Part shown: positions 34,480 through 35,506 of the stretch, one piece after another
Layout: the number at the start of each line of letters is the position of its first letter
Numbering within the stretch: the stretch's first letter is position 1
IMG/VR virus record: IMGVR_UViG_3300042297_000090
Location: 1-35,506 of that record
Strand: one strand, 5' to 3'
From: a virus
Lineage: Duplodnaviria; Caudoviricetes
Length of the DNA: 35,506 nucleotides
Made by a program: the position numbers and the translations under genes
Notes under the pieces: model-generated
What the model was told of the DNA's origin: nothing
The model's database searches: none
What the model saw: only the letters and a program-made list of their open reading frames with translations

Positions 34480-35506
34480 CTACGCAATGGACAAGAAAAT
34501 ATAGGTAGCACCGTTGACGTTGATGTTAGACGCCGCGACCTGATTGACGATGAAGCCGGTGCTGTCTGGGTCAACGCTGTCGTTGCTCGTGACTTCCGTT
34601 GCCGTGCTGTTCAGCGCCAGATACGGATCATTGCCAGAGACGATGCCGCGTGCGCTATCCCAGACGTACCAGTCGCCCGTGCTGTCCGTCCGCTTAATCA
34701 TGACAAACCGTGCGCCCGTTGTGAACGCGCAGTTGATCGTCTGGCTGCTGCCGTTGCCCGTATAAGTGCCGACCTTGCTCACGCCGGAGACGGAGGCGAA
34801 TAGGTAGGCAACGTAGGTGGAGCCAGAAGCATTTAGAGCAAGGCCGTTAACAGGGAAGCTATAGTTAACAGTGATTTGGGTTTGTGATACAGGGTAAACA
34901 AAAACATTTCCTACCGAAGCTGCTGAAGTATTTAAACGCATTTCTGCTACAGGAATGCTTCCGCTCATTCTCCCTGCATACCAATCTTCACTCGCACTTC
35001 TGCGCTTTACAATAACTAACTCAGGTATCACGCCAAGAGAATGATTTATAGCTTGGTTCGACGCACCATTCCCCGTGTAGCAAACCTCATCAAAGAAGCC
35101 GGGAGCGCGGCGGAAGTTCCAGAAAGCCCAGTTGGAGAAGTTGCCAGTGTCACCAGTGCGGAAGGTAGTGTTGCTGTCCCACACCGCGTTGCCAGTGCTT
35201 TCCGCATCGGTAGTCGTGATGAACAGAACCTGATTACCCCGTAGGCGGTCGTAATCGTATGTCTGCGAAGAGCCACGGCTATGAAACCATGCCAAGTCCG
35301 AGGGGAAGTTAGTTGTTACAGTAAGCTGTCCGCTGCTGGAACCTAAAGACGGCATAAACACACTTGTCCCCAGCGTCGGGGTCTTCATCGGGCCGCGACG
35401 GATGGCGACGTAGATGTAGGTTTGCGATGCTTGCAAATCACCTTGGGCGACAAATCCAGTTGCTGTTGGATTGGCGGTATCACTAAAAAATTCTTGGCTG
35501 CTGAGG
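34480..35506 (-). CDS. Large fibre/receptor-binding protein, 3' part (joins 1..1759)
   Basis: FRRAPGFFDEVCYTGNG, NASGSTYVAYLFA, KVGTYTGNGSSQTINC, WYVWDSARG, TYIFLSIA-stop. Confidence 0.85.
   Translation of the reverse strand, partial: LSSQEFFSDTANPTATGFVAQGDLQASQTYIYVAIRRGPMKTPTLGTSVFMPSLGSSSGQLTVTTNFPSDLAWFHSRGSSQTYDYDRLRGNQVLFITTTDAESTGNAVWDSNTTFRTGDTGNFSNWAFWNFRRAPGFFDEVCYTGNGASNQAINHSLGVIPELVIVKRRSASEDWYAGRMSGSIPVAEMRLNTSAASVGNVFVYPVSQTQITVNYSFPVNGLALNASGSTYVAYLFASVSGVSKVGTYTGNGSSQTINCAFTTGARFVMIKRTDSTGDWYVWDSARGIVSGNDPYLALNSTATEVTSNDSVDPDSTGFIVNQVAASNINVNGATYIFLSIA
35292..35506. repeat. Terminal direct repeat, right copy
   Basis: 211 of 215 bases identical to 1-215. Confidence 0.95.

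Overview
The window is essentially one complete, circularly closed genome (about 35,291 bp unique; bases 1-215 repeat at 35292-35506 with 4 mismatches) of a siphovirus with an HK97-type head, probably infecting an alphaproteobacterium (GcrA-like regulator, GTA-like tail genes). Late genes on the minus strand run DUF3310, HNH, terS, terL, portal, protease, MCP, then a ~7 kb inserted module (glycosyltransferase, 120-aa subunit, two fibre proteins, fibre chaperone, 22-aa-repeat protein, adaptor fusion), then neck, tail, tape measure, tip and lysis genes. Early genes are a primase-helicase, AAA_24/Sak4-like ATPase, DUF669 SSB, Cas4-like exonuclease, C5 DNA methyltransferase, SF2 helicase, VRR-NUC and small regulators. 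I saw no integrase, DNA polymerase, tRNA or CRISPR array. The best leads are: (1) a C5 methyltransferase locus with a nested +1-frame gene (EcoHK31I beta-like), a tandem array of TRD-like segments and a G9 tract at a segment junction; (2) a candidate neck/head fibre system with a repeat 'ruler' protein and a glycosyltransferase; (3) near-total absence of GGWCC, CTGCAG and GTAC by manual scan. All family assignments come from motif recognition, not database searches.
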